Assembly: GCF_001194135.2 (NCBI RefSeq)
Contig: NC_068999.1
Span: 24,061,758 to 24,125,757 of the forward strand
Reading direction: 5' to 3'
DNA length: 64,000 nucleotides
DNA from: Octopus bimaculoides
Lineage: Eukaryota
The position numbers were made by a program, and so were the translations under genes. Position 1 is the first letter of the stretch, and every line of letters begins with the position of its first letter. The notes beneath the pieces were generated by a model. That model was not told the origin of the DNA. It saw only the letters and a program-made list of their open reading frames with translations, and did not search any database. Positions 1 to 13,090 of this stretch are shown here, in pieces.

Positions 1-68
<68 letters not shown>

Positions 69-120
69 TATATATATATATATATATGTGTTTGTGTGTG
101 TGTATACACACACACACACA
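1..120. repeat. (TA)n/(CA)n/(TG)n compound microsatellite
   Basis: Directly visible dinucleotide runs. Confidence 0.95.
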
Positions 121-192
121 TGAAATTCTTCTTATGCCCAACATCTCTTTCGATATACCAATACTCTGTTGCACATGATGATAATATATATA

Positions 193-531
193 TGGGCGTA
201 GGCATGGTGTGTGGTAAGAAACTTGCTTCCCAACATCATGGTTGCAGGTTCTGTCTCATTGCATGGCACCTTGGGCAAGTGACCAAAGCCTTGTGAGTGG
301 ATTTGGTAGATGGAAACCGAAAGAATCCCGTCGTATGTATATATGTTTATGTGTCTGTGTTTGTCCCCCACCATCACTTGACAACCGATGTTGGTATGTT
401 TACGTTCCTGTAACTAAGCTGTTTGGCAAAAAAGACTAATAGAATAAGTCTTGGGTTTGATTTGTTCAACTAAAAGTGGTGCTCCAGCATGGCTGCAGTC
501 AGATGACTGAAACATTTCTAAGAATAAAAGA
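193..531 (+). mobile_element. tRNA-derived SINE family A (CORE-like centre, internal microsatellite, conserved tail)
   Basis: Head GGCGTAGGCATGGTGTGTGGTAAGAAACTTGCTTCCCAAC; CORE-like GGCACCTTGGGCAAGTG; tail GCTCCAGCATGGCTGCAGTC..ATGACTGAAAC. The same sequence recurs more than 12 times in the window. Confidence 0.85.
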
Positions 532-647
532 ATATATACACACAAACGTATACATACAGGCACGCAGAGACACACACACACACAACCATGCATACATGTA
601 TATGTACATGTATTTGAAATGATAAATATAGCTCTACTGTTGCTGCT

Positions 648-735
648 GATGACAAAGAAGACGCATGGAAATGCTGTTATGAAAGGTTGTTGGATGAGGA
701 GAATGCTTACGATAAAGAGGAACTTCCTCATGCTT
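648..735 (+). mobile_element. RTE LINE fragment (EN-RT linker)
   Basis: Translates DDKEDAWKCCYERLLDEENAYDKEELP, resembling the RTE linker motif AWKxHYERLLNxENxW. Confidence 0.55.
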
Positions 736-739
736 TCAC

Positions 740-2050
740 TTCAAGCATCTCCAAAGTAATGGAGATAACCGTTAATAGTGATGTTCTCCACTACCATGAA
801 TGTTCCTCTCTCTCCTTGGTGACCACAAGTATGGCTTCCACTGATCCTGATCTACTGGAGACCACCTTCATGTCATTCACCAGTGGCCTGTCACTTTAGA
901 GAAATTGGTGACAGCAATGTTGTTTCTGAAATCAGTAAAACATTCAACCACATCTAAGCATATAAATCTCTTAAAACTTTCTGTCTATGGGCTCCACCTG
1001 TTTTTTATCTCTTTCATTAGTAACTTCTTAGCAGATCATACTATTGCAGCATATGTTGACAGAGCTCTGTCTATTCTTTCGACAGTCAACTCTGGTATCC
1101 CCCAGGGTTCTGTTCTGCTCACCCTCCACTCTCTTCTTTCTACTCAACAATGACCTACTTGCCACTGCATTTGAAAACGCTCCTTGTTATTCAGATGACA
1201 CACTTTATTCCTCCCTAACATTTCCTAATCATACATCATCTACACACAACCATGAAACTATATGCCAAACCTGCATTGATTTCAATAAATGAGTGTATTT
1301 TCCAGTGGGACCATTCTAATCTTGTCTCTTTTAATGGCAAAATCACTCAAGCACTACTCATATTAACAAAACTACACTATACATCCTCAAATCATGAATA
1401 GCACTTAGCTAGAGCACTCAAAGTCCCTCCAGATGCTGGACCTTGCTGTCATCTAGGAGGTCTCCTTATAAACACGTCCTTAGCATAGCTAGAATTACAT
1501 CACAATGAGTAGCTCTTCTCTTTTCAAACCTCAGTGACTCTACAAAATTCAGATGAAGCCTGAAATTGAATGCTGCATCCATATCTGTGACATTATAACA
1601 AGGCTGCCACTATGCACACAGACATCCTGGACCACATCCAGAGAAAGGCCACTTGCTTGATTTGCACACTATCATTAATGGACACAGTCCAGCCCCTGAC
1701 CTACAGACGTACTGTCTCCTCTCTCTTTTTTTTTCTATTGTTGTTATAATGGACTCATCTCATAATTCAACCAATCAGGTACTCCTGACCCATATGTCTC
1801 TCTCCACCTCTTGTCTCCTTGCTGTGTCCAACAAATCCCCAGTCCCACATTATGTATTATTCTCATTCTTTCTTTCCCTGGAATATCATCATTGTTCACA
1901 TTCTTCTTGTAGGCATTATTCTACAACAGTTTAACCAGAATATTAACACCATCAATCTCACCTGTTGTGGAAGGCTTACAAGGGCCCATGGGTCCTGTCC
2001 TTCCACTAGACTTAGCAAATTGTATGTATGTATGTATGCATTCATTCATT
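740..2050 (+). mobile_element. 5'-truncated, decayed L2/CR1-group LINE (RT domain, C-terminus, 3' tail)
   Basis: Frameshifted motifs in order: DHKYGF; FISNFLADHTIAA; STVNSGIPQGSVL; NDLL..YSDDT; YKIQMKPEIECCIHIC; LDHIQRKATCLI; YSHSFFPWN. Ends in a (TATG)n(CATT)n tail. Confidence 0.85.
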
Positions 2051-2175
2051 CAGTTTATTTCAAGATTTCTTGTCAATAGAGAAAGAACCAGTTTCTAACC
2101 TAGATCCAAGGCTCTTTCATTGGAATTTCAACATCAACAACAGTGTATGTATGTATGTATCTTGTGTAAATATAT

Positions 2176-2568
2176 GCACAGGTATGGCTGTACGGTTAAG
2201 GAACTCACTTTGCAACCATGTGGTTTCAGGTTCAGTCCCAATTTGCAGCACCTTGAACAAGTGTCTTATATGCCTTGTGAGTAAATTTATGGAAGCCTGT
2301 CATGTATGTGTGTGTGTGCACGCGCATGTGATTGTGTATATATATGCACATGCATACACGTGTGCGTATGTGTTTGTGTTTTCTCTTCTGCTTGACAGCT
2401 GATGTTGGATTGTTTGTTTTACCAACATTGCAGCTGTGCAAAAGAAAATGGTAGGGAAAATACTAGACTTAAAAATTAAGTAATGAGATTGATTTGTTTG
2501 ACTAAGCCCTTCAAGGCTGTGCCCCAGGAAAGCTGCAGTCCAATGACAGAGACATCAAGTAAAAAAAT

Positions 2569-2575
<7 letters not shown>
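2176..2575 (+). mobile_element. SINE family A copy
   Basis: GGTATGGCTGTACGGTTAAGGAACTCACTTTGCAACCATG head and a tail matching 193-531. Confidence 0.8.
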
Positions 2576-2603
<28 letters not shown>

Positions 2604-2684
2604 TAGATAGATAGATATTCAAATATATGTGTATGTGCATCTTTGTATATATTTCTGTATGGATTTGTGTGTGTGTCTATTTAC

Positions 2685-2717
<33 letters not shown>

Positions 2718-2818
2718 CACGCATAAATATTTAATCCAAATATGGAGACAAAGACAATCAGTTACATATGTTTCTGTACCAACTCTGTTTTCAACTCCAG
2801 TTCGTGCTAAAGTTTCAA

Positions 2819-2903
<85 letters not shown>

Positions 2904-3037
2904 CATTACAGAGAAGACAGAATTCCTTGACTTTATCATAATGTATGTGTATATGTATGTATATATGTATATGTATATATATGTGTTTATATATGTATGT
3001 GTATATATATGTATATATATATATGTGTGTGTATATA
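2576..3037. repeat. (TA)n/(TATG)n microsatellite block ending at an assembly gap (N 3038-3137)
   Basis: Visible in sequence. Confidence 0.9.
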
Positions 3038-3137
3038 NNNNNNNNNNNNNNNNNNNNNNNNNNNNNNNNNNNNNNNNNNNNNNNNNNNNNNNNNNNNNNN
3101 NNNNNNNNNNNNNNNNNNNNNNNNNNNNNNNNNNNNN

Positions 3138-3180
3138 AGTTCTTTCGTCACACTTCTGTGACCTCATCAGTGGTCCTTTG
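3138..3180 (-). ncRNA. Partial hammerhead ribozyme core (candidate, cut by gap)
   Basis: Minus strand reads ..GGACCA CTGATGA G GTCAC-AGAAGT-GTGAC GAAA GAACT|N: intact CUGAUGA, 5-bp stem II, GAAA. Stem III and the cleavage site would lie in the gap. Confidence 0.45.
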
Positions 3181-3185
3181 TTTCC

Positions 3186-3218
<33 letters not shown>

Positions 3219-3220
3219 AA

Positions 3221-3401
3221 CATCATCATCATTTAATGTCCATTTCCATACTGGCATGGGTTGGACTATATCATCATCATCATCATCGTTTAATGTCTGC
3301 TTTTCATGCTGGCATGGGTTGGACGGTTTGACTGAGGACTGGCGAACCAGATGGCTGCACCAGGCTCCAATCTGATCTGGCAGAGTTTCTACAGCTGGAT
3401 G
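3221..3401 (-). mobile_element. RTE-type 3' tail fragments, two nested copies with (GAT)n tails
   Basis: CATCATCATCATTTAATGTCCATTTCCATACTGGCATGGGTTGGAC occurs twice. It matches the 3' end of the RTE copies at 25.3 kb and 37.3 kb. Confidence 0.8.
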
Positions 3402-3621
3402 TTCAGAATTGATAAAGTGGCCACATTGAATATTATGTAATGTCACTGAATGGTTACATGTGCTAACACACAACTAAGCTTGCAATTAATATTTAAACAA
3501 ATTGAATAAATCTTTAGACTGAGTTTTCAGCTAAAATTTAAACAGATTGAATAGTTCTATGGTGTAAGAAACTTTCATTTCGAAGAAGAAAGGATAATTT
3601 CCTTAGCTTTATTGTATTTAG

Positions 3622-3723
3622 GAGGAAATGTGCTCAGACAAGAAGTTCTTGACAGAAAGAATGCTTCTCAAGCAAGATTTGATTTGTCCTCCAGAAATAA
3701 CAAAGCATCTCAAGAAGAATTAG
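3622..3723 (+). CDS. Candidate internal exon of an unidentified gene
   Basis: TTTAG acceptor, 102 nt, phase 1-1, open frame GNVLRQEVLDRKNASQARFDLSSRNNKASQEEL. The GTTTGC donor is weak and no homology was recognised. Confidence 0.2.
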   Translation, partial: EEMCSDKKFLTERMLLKQDLICPPEITKHLKKN

Positions 3724-4037
3724 GTTTGCACTTATTTATTCATGATTTGAGATTTGTTTGAAACAGCAGAATAATTAAATTGATGTGTCATGTAAAAATG
3801 GGTGGGACTTCAGGGTTTTTGTTGGTTTTCACAAACTGATGCAGAAAGAATGGTTCTGAATTATGTTCTGAAAATATTAACTCATTTTATCCAATTATTC
3901 CAATCTTGGTAGTGGTAATAATTTCATAATGCCCTTTACCAATCTCTGCTGAATGTAAACTTGAAGAATACATGAATATGCCTTCAAATGTTTGACCTAT
4001 TTTCATATCCTGTTCTTTAAGAACACATAGTGTCTTC

Positions 4038-4078
<41 letters not shown>

Positions 4079-5282
4079 ATGAAATATCTTAAATGATTCT
4101 AAATAAACAAATTGTTTCATCGGATTCACAATAAATTACATTCCTTTAGTTTCTTTTCTTTAATTTCAGACTTATTTGGTTTCTCCATTGAAATTATAGT
4201 CTTTAAACAATGTCACTTCCTGTTAACTTTAGGAAACAAAAGTAAAGTATTCTGTAGTTACATACAGCTCCTCTGTTTTCACTCTCTGCTTATAAATGAG
4301 AATCTGAAAGAGTAGTACCTATGTACACTGGAAGAAATCAATTTTAATATAAATTTCACATTGTGTGTCAGCCATTTTTTTTTTTCACCTTTTTCTATCA
4401 AAGATAATAGGTCATTGATATGCTGAGTATGAATCCAAATATAATTCCATGCTATTGACAATATTCAAGCATTTACTTATAAAGAAGTGCTAATATATTT
4501 TATGACTCTATCATGTTAAAACATACTTGCCATTATTGATTCATAAATTAAAGCAACCACTCAATTTTGTTTCAATAAAGAATAAATTTACAGGACATTA
4601 TGTAACCTACTTTACCATTTTTTTGAAAATTAAATATTTATTACGTTAGTGTAGTTTTTGTATCACTATGTAACATATACTACGCTATATAGTGATATGA
4701 AAATCTTCAAAGAATTTTAGAGTGACTCGCTATATTGGTTTCTGTTTGTCAGTCTGCCTGTCTCTCTTTTTCACTCTCTCTCTCTCCCCCTCCCTGTCCT
4801 TCCCGTTTTTCTTCTCTTTTTGTATTGCCTGAGTGACAAGCTGATTGTCTAGTTTGGTCAAATAATTAATAACATTAAAATTTCATGAGGAATTTTCTCT
4901 CAGAAAAATATTGGAAAAGTGTCATTCATATCTGTCACTATACGGCATTGGATATATATTCTAAGTTCTTCCATTATATTTGGAATGGTTGTGAAACCAA
5001 AGCTTATATCTTTTAATTCCACATTAGGTGCATTAATAATAACAGAATGTTATATTATAGAAATAATATTATTATAGAGTTGTGCAGATATAATTCCATT
5101 AGTTTATTGTTGGATTTAACTTTTTTTAAATTTATTGCTTGCAGTAGGGGAAAGACAAGAACATTGGAATAAATACCTAACAGTATTTAGTAATATCTCA
5201 TTATGTTCTGAAGTTCCCCTTTTCTTCCCCAATGATTCATAAAATGAATATCAGAAATATACTGGCATCAATAAATCAAGAG

Positions 5283-5438
5283 ACCAGGTGTGGCTGTATG
5301 GTAAGAAGTTTGTTTCTCAGCCACATCGTTTCAGGTTCAGTCTCACTGTATGACACCTTGGGTAAGTGTCTACTATAGTCTTAGGCTGACCAGAGCCTTG
5401 CTAGTGGATTTGATTGATGGAAACTGAAAGAAGCCATC

Positions 5439-5490
<52 letters not shown>

Positions 5491-5710
5491 GCATAACTAT
5501 TTCCTAGTATGATAGCTGTAAATGTCTTGTCATGCAAGTGGTGTCCTTTGTTTCCAGTCTTCTGTGAACACATGCTTGGTCATGAGGAAATATTGCTTTT
5601 TCTGGAAATAGCTGAATGTTGGAAATAGGAAAGGCATCTGACTGTTGAAAATCCACCATAAATTCTGTCCAACCTGAGTATGGAAAAGTGGATGCTAAAC
5701 TAATGTTGAT
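5283..5710 (+). mobile_element. SINE family A head followed by a second SINE/RTE-tail relic
   Basis: CAGGTGTGGCTGTATGGTAAGAAGTTTG head. After the microsatellite, GAAAAGTGGATGCTAAAC..GATGAT is an RTE-like tail. Confidence 0.65.
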
Positions 5711-5894
5711 GATATCAAAGCTCCATATTGATCATATAAAGCAATTCATGTTTTGGGCTTTGATGGTAACAACAACTCTCTTCAGTTCTTTGTGAAGGAG
5801 AATGGAAGATGAAAGTTTCTCTAATAGTTACAGACATGTCCTTTATGGTTGTGCCCCTCTTCCCTCTCTTTGCCAAGAGGTCTTTGTCTCGCGA

Positions 5895-6150
5895 ATGGTA
5901 ATGTCATGTAAAATGCACTTGTGCCAGTGCCACATAGAATGCATGTATGCTGGTGCCACATGAAGTGCACTTGTGCCAGTGCCCCATAAAAACAGTCATG
6001 CCGGTTGCATGTAAAAAGTACCCAGCACACTCTGTAAAGAGGTTGGAATTAAGAAGGGCATTCAACTGTAGAAAGCTGAATGTCCTACCAAAACAGATTT
6101 TGGAACCTGGACAGCTCTCTGGCTGACTAGTTCCTGTCAAACCCTGCAAC
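5895..6150 (+). mobile_element. RTE 3' UTR relic
   Basis: GTGCCACATAGAA / GTAAAAAGTACCCAGCACACTCTGTAAAG..GAAGGGCATTCAACTGTAGAAA matches the RTE 3' UTR at 37169-37388. Confidence 0.7.
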
Positions 6151-8174
6151 ATTGACCCAAGTTCTAGCAGTCTTTTACTGATATGCTACAGAAATCCAAA
6201 ATGGACTGATGTATAGTATGGAACTGAAACAAAGATCAAGAACAAAGATTCATCATGCCTAGGTCTCTGTACTTCTGTTACATGGAAAATTGTTTTTTTC
6301 TTGTTGCTTTTAGAGAAAATTTGTAGGATCTTATAATTGTCATCTTTATTAACAGCTCTGGTTATTGATAATTCTAGCTTTTATCAACTTTGAATCAAAG
6401 CTTCCTGCTAACCAATTGTGATACTTTTCAAATGTTGTCTTGAAATGAAGCTGGACATACTGTGAAAATAATAAAATTAGATCTAAAAATATAAAATACT
6501 ATAAGCTGTTAGTCTAAATATAAAGCCTTAATAGCTGTGCTTCATTTATTGAATAAAGAAGTATGTACTAAATAAATGATTTTCTTTTAGTTTAGATTAA
6601 TTATATTTGTAGGCTTAAATATTTAAATAATCTTTTTAAATAAATTGTTTTACTTTATGCACAAACACCAAATTATTTTATTTCCTTTAAAGTGTACCAC
6701 AAGTAAAAAAAATGTATAGGAACCATTATTCTTATGCTATAATAGCCCTGATGTGGTTGACAGTTTTGTCTACTTGATTACACATTCAAGAAGTATTACT
6801 TTGATAGAATATCTCTACTTTTGTATTAGCAAGGTTTCTTCTAATCTCTTGTTTCTACACCTCTATCTTTCAACCAAGAACTGAATATTCTGTTATATCT
6901 TCTGCTCACTATTTTCTTTTTTCTTTTGATTGTAATACTTTTCTCTGTGATTTTGTCATTATTCTTTAGTATTGCATTTATAAATTTCTCTCTAAATCTC
7001 TATTTTTTACATTGAATCATCTCATCTTATTTAATCACATTCAATTAAGCCACACATTGATAATTTAGAATACATGTCAGCATGTTATATTTTTGAAGAC
7101 ATAATGACTAATTTTAATTAAAACCAGTTATTTTATGAGCTCTATACACAAAATAATAATTTTGTGATTACATGAGATCTTTAAACAATTAAAGACTCAC
7201 TTATTTGTCTAAAGAAGAAAAAAATGAACTAAAAACAAGTGGAAATTAAACAATAAATCAATTCATGACTTTTTTTTAAAGAATTCAATATTTAGTTCCA
7301 TTCATGCAGCAAATTTGATTCAGTGATTCTGTTCAGGCAAAAAGAACACACACACACATACACACACACACATACACACACACACACAAACACAAACACA
7401 ATGGAGGGAAATTAATATTTATACTTGATAATACTTGTTGCAATAGTGCAACAAATACTTGGTATTTCTCTTTCCATAGAAAGCACCATTTGTGCATACA
7501 CTTAGTAAATTACAAGAATTGAAGTTCATCTCATAGTGAAGATATAGCCATGTCAGTTCCACATGTCCTTGCAACAAGAGTACTCAAAACATGTAGCTCA
7601 CATGGAAATGCACATCCACTATTTTAAAACAAATGAAAAATGCTTTTACCTATTCAATCAAATATCTCATAATAAGATACAATACTATCATAATGAACAT
7701 ATGGTTTGCTTTTGGTGAATTTACCATCACTTCTAGGTTAAATCAAGTTGAAGAACATGCACATTTGATTTTTAATTCTGTCTTGCAAAAAAGTTCTTTG
7801 TGTAGTTATGGATGATGCTTTTGCTGCAAACAAGTTTCACAAGCACATTTTTATATACTCTTCCAGGGTGTAGATAAAGATTTCTGGCTGCTATTTCATT
7901 TTGTGCTGTCTGTTGGGATGAGTTAGAATAGAATAGATCATTCTTGATGTTCATTTTGCCATGGCCTTTGCTGGCAGTTTTTGTGCATAATCTTAGGAAG
8001 GCAACCAGAACATGTTGAACATATGGTTTGCTTCTGAGGAATTTACCATTAATGGGAGAGTTTTACTACTAGGTTAAATTAAGTTACAATGATATTAGAA
8101 TATGTTATTGTATTAAGTTTTTCTGTACATCATGTATAAATTCATGTTGTATATAATTCATAATCCATCTTTTA

Positions 8175-8370
8175 AGGTGGTAAGTTGGTTGAGTCATTAG
8201 CACACCAGACAAAGTGCTTAGCAGCATTTTGTTCATTTTACATTCTGAGTTCAAATTCTTTGCCTTTCATCTTTGTGGATTGATAAAATAAGTGCCAGTT
8301 GAGCACTAGGGTCAATATAATTGACTTACCCCTACCCAGAAATTGCTAGCCTTGTGCCAAAACTTGAAAG
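8175..8370 (+). mobile_element. tRNA-derived SINE family C (central domain resembling Meta/Sauria type)
   Basis: GGTGGTAAGTTGGTTGAGTCATTAGCACAC..TTCTGAGTTCAAATT..GCCTTTCATC..GATAAAATAAGTGCCAGTTG..TTGTGCCAAAACTTGAA. About 14 copies in the window. The domain name is from memory. Confidence 0.8.
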
Positions 8371-9119
8371 CAATTTCTAATCTGTTCTTAAAAGAGGTAC
8401 TTAAAGCTAAGTGTGCTACCATTTCAATGCCATATTCTTTTATTGTAATATTTTCCATGTTATTGAATGGCTTGCCATTTCTTACTTGTATCAATGCTTT
8501 TCTATAATTTAATTCAGTAATATTAGTTTCTGTTTCCTACATTTAAAATATTAACAATTGGTGTTGTTGTAGACTCAGGAATTTTCTTCCAGTTTTGCAT
8601 AATTGGGGGTTATTATGAGTTATATAATGCTGGTATGCATTGTTATTCTTCTCTCTTGCAATTAAGGAATCACAGAGCAAACATATTATTTTATTTTCTG
8701 TATAAACAAATGTAATATTGCAATTTTCATTCTTCTTAAATAATTCACTTAATTGTTTTAATGTTTTTTTCCTTATTTTGTATTATGATTGGGTTACCTG
8801 TGTTGTTAGCAATTCAAATCTAAAGGAAACACTCCAGGAAATTAGCAACACTATTTTATAATGGGAATCAAAGAATAACTAACATATGGCTATATCTTTT
8901 ACTAGCTGAGTTTCAGCAGGAATGTATATTTAGTGGATTGGCTATATTATCAGAAACTAATTATTCTTATTTCTGAAATGTTTTTAGTCACAACTGCTCC
9001 TGATCTAGTGGCTGATTTAGCAGGAATTAATGTATAAGTTATTTCAGGAAACTGTTTTAAAAATTAAGAAGGGACTGAATTTTCAATGCAGAAAATACAT
9101 CCTTTTTCTTTCAGAGACA

Positions 9120-10070
9120 AATCTCTCATCCTGTGAAAGGTGATGTCTTTGTATACATAGAATCTACTCTTCCTATAACTCGCCTGTATTTTACTAACAA
9201 TGACTCCCAGTTGTGGTTTGAAGTCTCTTTTCCCTATTTCTCTAAGTTCCCTTGTTGTCTCTTTTACTTCCCAAACTCCCCCAATCACTAACAGCTATTT
9301 ATTTGTTTCATTTATTATCTTATTTATTGCATGGATGACATCTGTCTCATGTTAATTCACATTCTCTCTGAAATCATCATATTTATGATCTTCAGTGTAC
9401 ATGACCACTCCTGACTCTAGCACCATCTTGCACACCCTAACACCATTATTTAAGAGGCTGAATCATTTGTCACCCTTGATGGTCTGCACCACACCAACCT
9501 CTTTTCTTATTAGATATACTGAACAGCCATGATTTGTTTCTCATTTTCAAACCCAACCTTCACCTTGTGACATATCTGTTTCTGCAGCCATTGTATTATC
9601 CAATTACTGCCTAATAGAAGTAGTAATTGGATGAAATCTATTCCCTTTCTCACCTTCACCTGATCAGTACAAACTGAATGTTCCTGATGGCATTCTTTCT
9701 TCACTCACAGACAGTACACTCAAGTTAGCCCCTATCCTCACGAATCTCTCTTTCTCTCTCTCTCTCTTTGAGTCACTTACAATTTTTGGAAACAGACCAC
9801 AGTGTATTCTGTACTAAAGGAAAAACCTCTCTGACCTAGCAACATCTGACCTATAACATTCATTTCAAATGCCTAAATGTGCTTGAAACAATTTTTTAAA
9901 AAAGTTGCATGCCTATATTCTACATCTATCTCTCATTTATTGGCTCTAAAACTTCCCATTAAGCTACACCATTGCAGCATGTGCTAATGAGGCTCTCTCT
10001 AACCCACATTCTATATACCCCAGGATTCAGTAATATCACTGCCTCTCTGTCACTTCTAAAACTGTAATCC
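9120..10070 (+). mobile_element. Decayed L2/CR1-group LINE (APE endonuclease and RT N-terminus)
   Basis: KGDVFVYIESTLPITRL..QLWFEVS..CCLFY (APE); SEIIIFMIFSVH (cf. xIxGDFNxH); SHCIIQ (cf. SDH). DNA at 9965-10030 resembles 1035-1110. Confidence 0.65.
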
Positions 10071-12679
10071 TATGGAGATGAAAGTTAGCATACTTTTTCT
10101 GCACACGTGTTTTTTCTATAGCTGCAAATTTACTAAAGTTCAAGCTGAACAAAAAGACACACAAAGTTCATAGGTGTTGCCCCTTCTCCACGTAACTGAT
10201 AAAAGAAAATTCAGACATTAAATAAAATCTTGCATTGTTTTGATTTGGTGGTGGTGTTTGATCTACTTTTCATAGCTCTTCATTTTCTGTCTTTGAATTG
10301 TTTGTTTTGTTTCCTGTTATACAAAACTATGCAATCTCTACATTTCTGCTTGAATTTTTATAGTCTTTGCAAATATTGGTTTTTTGCTCTTACTCTCTCT
10401 CCCCCTCCTCCAATTAAAGAAAGCTAACTTCTTTTTTTGTCAGTCTTCTTTTCCTCCCTGCCTCTGTACTGTTTTTATTTTATCTTATTTATAATTTCTA
10501 GTATTTCTCCAAAATATAGCATATCATTGGCAACAGATTGGTTTACTTGTATCTTTTTCAAGATATTATCTCTGCATATTGCTTTATGTAATTGCATTTT
10601 TATCTCTCTTAATAATTGTCATTTTGCTTAGTAACTATTTCTTATTCTTTCCATTTTCTAAATCCTCTCATATTCAGTATCAGTGTTTGTTTTATCCTTC
10701 CTTGTTACTTTTGCGATGGCATAGGTGATTCCCTTTTCCTTTTCTATCTATCCTATATTTTTTCTGTTTTTAATGGGATTATTTTTGATTCTACCTTAAT
10801 CTTAGATTCTTCATTCAGCTAGATTTTACATTTAATCTGGTTCATCTTGGGATTACTTTATGTTAAGGTGAATGTTTCAAGTTTGGCATTCCATTAGATA
10901 CAAAAATATTTAATTCTCATTGCAAGCTATGTTACAACATGATTTAGTTGTGCCTCCATTTTACTGGATAGTTGACATGTTTAATCACTGGCCAATGAGC
11001 AATTGCTTTTGTGTTCTTAACCAAAATAGCCAGCTTCTTCACTTTCCAGCTGGAATATCAAATTGTCACCTTCAATGACCAGCAGCAAATAAAAAATGTA
11101 TTCATATTTGCTGTTTTCTACAGAATAAAATCAGTTTCAATTGATATGTATTCTGTATATTCCTACAATATATTCCACCTACCTTTTGGAATGGATAACA
11201 TACTGCATCATTTTCCTATAGCTTTTCTATTTGACACTTGACTGTTATAATAATATTGTATCAATTTTCTGTTAGGTACAAATTTTTTATGTTCTGTTGT
11301 ACACCTTTGTGGGTGCTGTTATTTGATGTCATATTGCTTTTAACTCACTTTTAAGTAAGTTTATCAGAAAGTATTGTATTTTTAGGTGTACAACCACAGC
11401 TGCTTTATTCTCTACATTTACTATAGTAAGATTACCAATTAAGGTTATTGTACTTCAGTAGCCTTAACCCTATTGGTTGGGAAAAAGAGGAATAAGAGGA
11501 ATAAGTTCTCCCTACCCTCTACACATACTTTTTTTTTTACCACAGCATTATGACTCTGTATGCAGTCTTTCACCCTGAAAGAAATAACTAATAAATCTTC
11601 CTCAACAGTTTGAAAAGCGTGTTGCTGTATTGGCCATTTGTTGGTGATTCCCTACTACTCCTGGCAGATAGCATCTTTGCACCATTCAGGCAACAATCCC
11701 CAACCCATAGGTTTGTTTGGGTAGTCATTGCTAGTGAGGGTTTTATGAGGTCGGAGTGCAAATCCTACTTCAACCTCTTTTACGATATGCAGAGGAAATG
11801 TTGGATCTATTCTTTGACATGCTAGTGGTCCCCACACAACATGCAGAGAGCAACTTAATTCAACACAGTTGATTTTATTTTAGCACTAATTCAGTTCTCA
11901 CTGGATTAATATGTTGTCTTGCTTAACTCTAAGCTTTGAATAGTCTTGCAGAGAGCAGTTTATAAAAGTTCAGATATAACATTTACAAATTATATAATTT
12001 TGCTTCTCTTTTTTTTCTCCTATTGTTTTTATATTAAAATATAACAAATGATCTTGCAATATACAAGTATTTTCAAACTGACATGTGAAAAATGCTAGCA
12101 GTTGATTGCTATTCTGAGAGCTAAAGCATGTTCAACTGATGAAATCCTATGTTTGCTAAACTGACTACTACTGAAATGGAACAGAAGTGTTATTCTTCTT
12201 TTATCCTTCAAATAGATATTTTTAGTCAGTTGAACATATCTAGAATGCAGCTGTCAGTTATCCATTTTCATCTCTTCACATCTTTTGAAAACTCTTGAAT
12301 TCTGAACAGTTGCTTTTGAAGGAAATTTTTAGAGTATTATTTTCATTTTTGGATGTTCATACTGCGTCTCTGATGCTTGTGATCATAATTCGTTTTATTA
12401 TTATTATTATTATTATTATTGTTGTTGTTGTTACTTACAGGAACAAAAGCCAAGCTACATACATAAATATCAAGTATAATTGTAACACATATCAAATCCT
12501 CTATCCCTATGAACTCATGAAGAAGTCTCAATGTGGTTATTTAACCTGCTCAAAATAGCAATGAAAAATCCTTAAAATATTATCCTTCTGCTTACAAAAC
12601 TGAAGAACATATTTGATAATGTAGTTGAAAATAATCCTAAGAAATTGTGATGGTCACTGCTGGAATACCTTTTATAATA

Positions 12680-13090
12680 ACCCTGGTCAGTTAGGGATTT
12701 TCTGGGGATAAACAACACACTAGGATTAGTGATCTTGCTGGTTTAGAGTGACAGTCAGCCCTGAACAAACAGACATAATAGAAAGCACTCCAGTCATGAC
12801 TATATTATCTTTTTTAGAGGTATGTAACATTATGCCATCTAATGTGTCCTATTATTATCAAAGATTTGTAAGGTGGTGAGCTGGCAGAATCATTAACATG
12901 CTAGATAAAACGTTTAGCAACATTTCATCCATCTGTACATTCTAGGTTCAAATTCCACTGAGGTCAACTTTATCTTTCATCTTTCAGGGTCAATAAAATA
13001 AGTGCCAGTCAAATATTGGGATTGATGTAATTGACTTCCCCTCTCCTCTAAAACTGTTGGCCATGTGCCAAAATTTGAAGCTGTTATTAT
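12680..13090 (+). mobile_element. Dispersed repeat (also ~43735-43920 and, reversed, ~57060-57240) followed by a SINE C copy at 12870-13090
   Basis: CAGCCCTGAACAAACAGAC..AATGTGTCCT shared with 43735+. GGTGGTGAGCTGGCAGAATC is the SINE C head. Confidence 0.65.
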
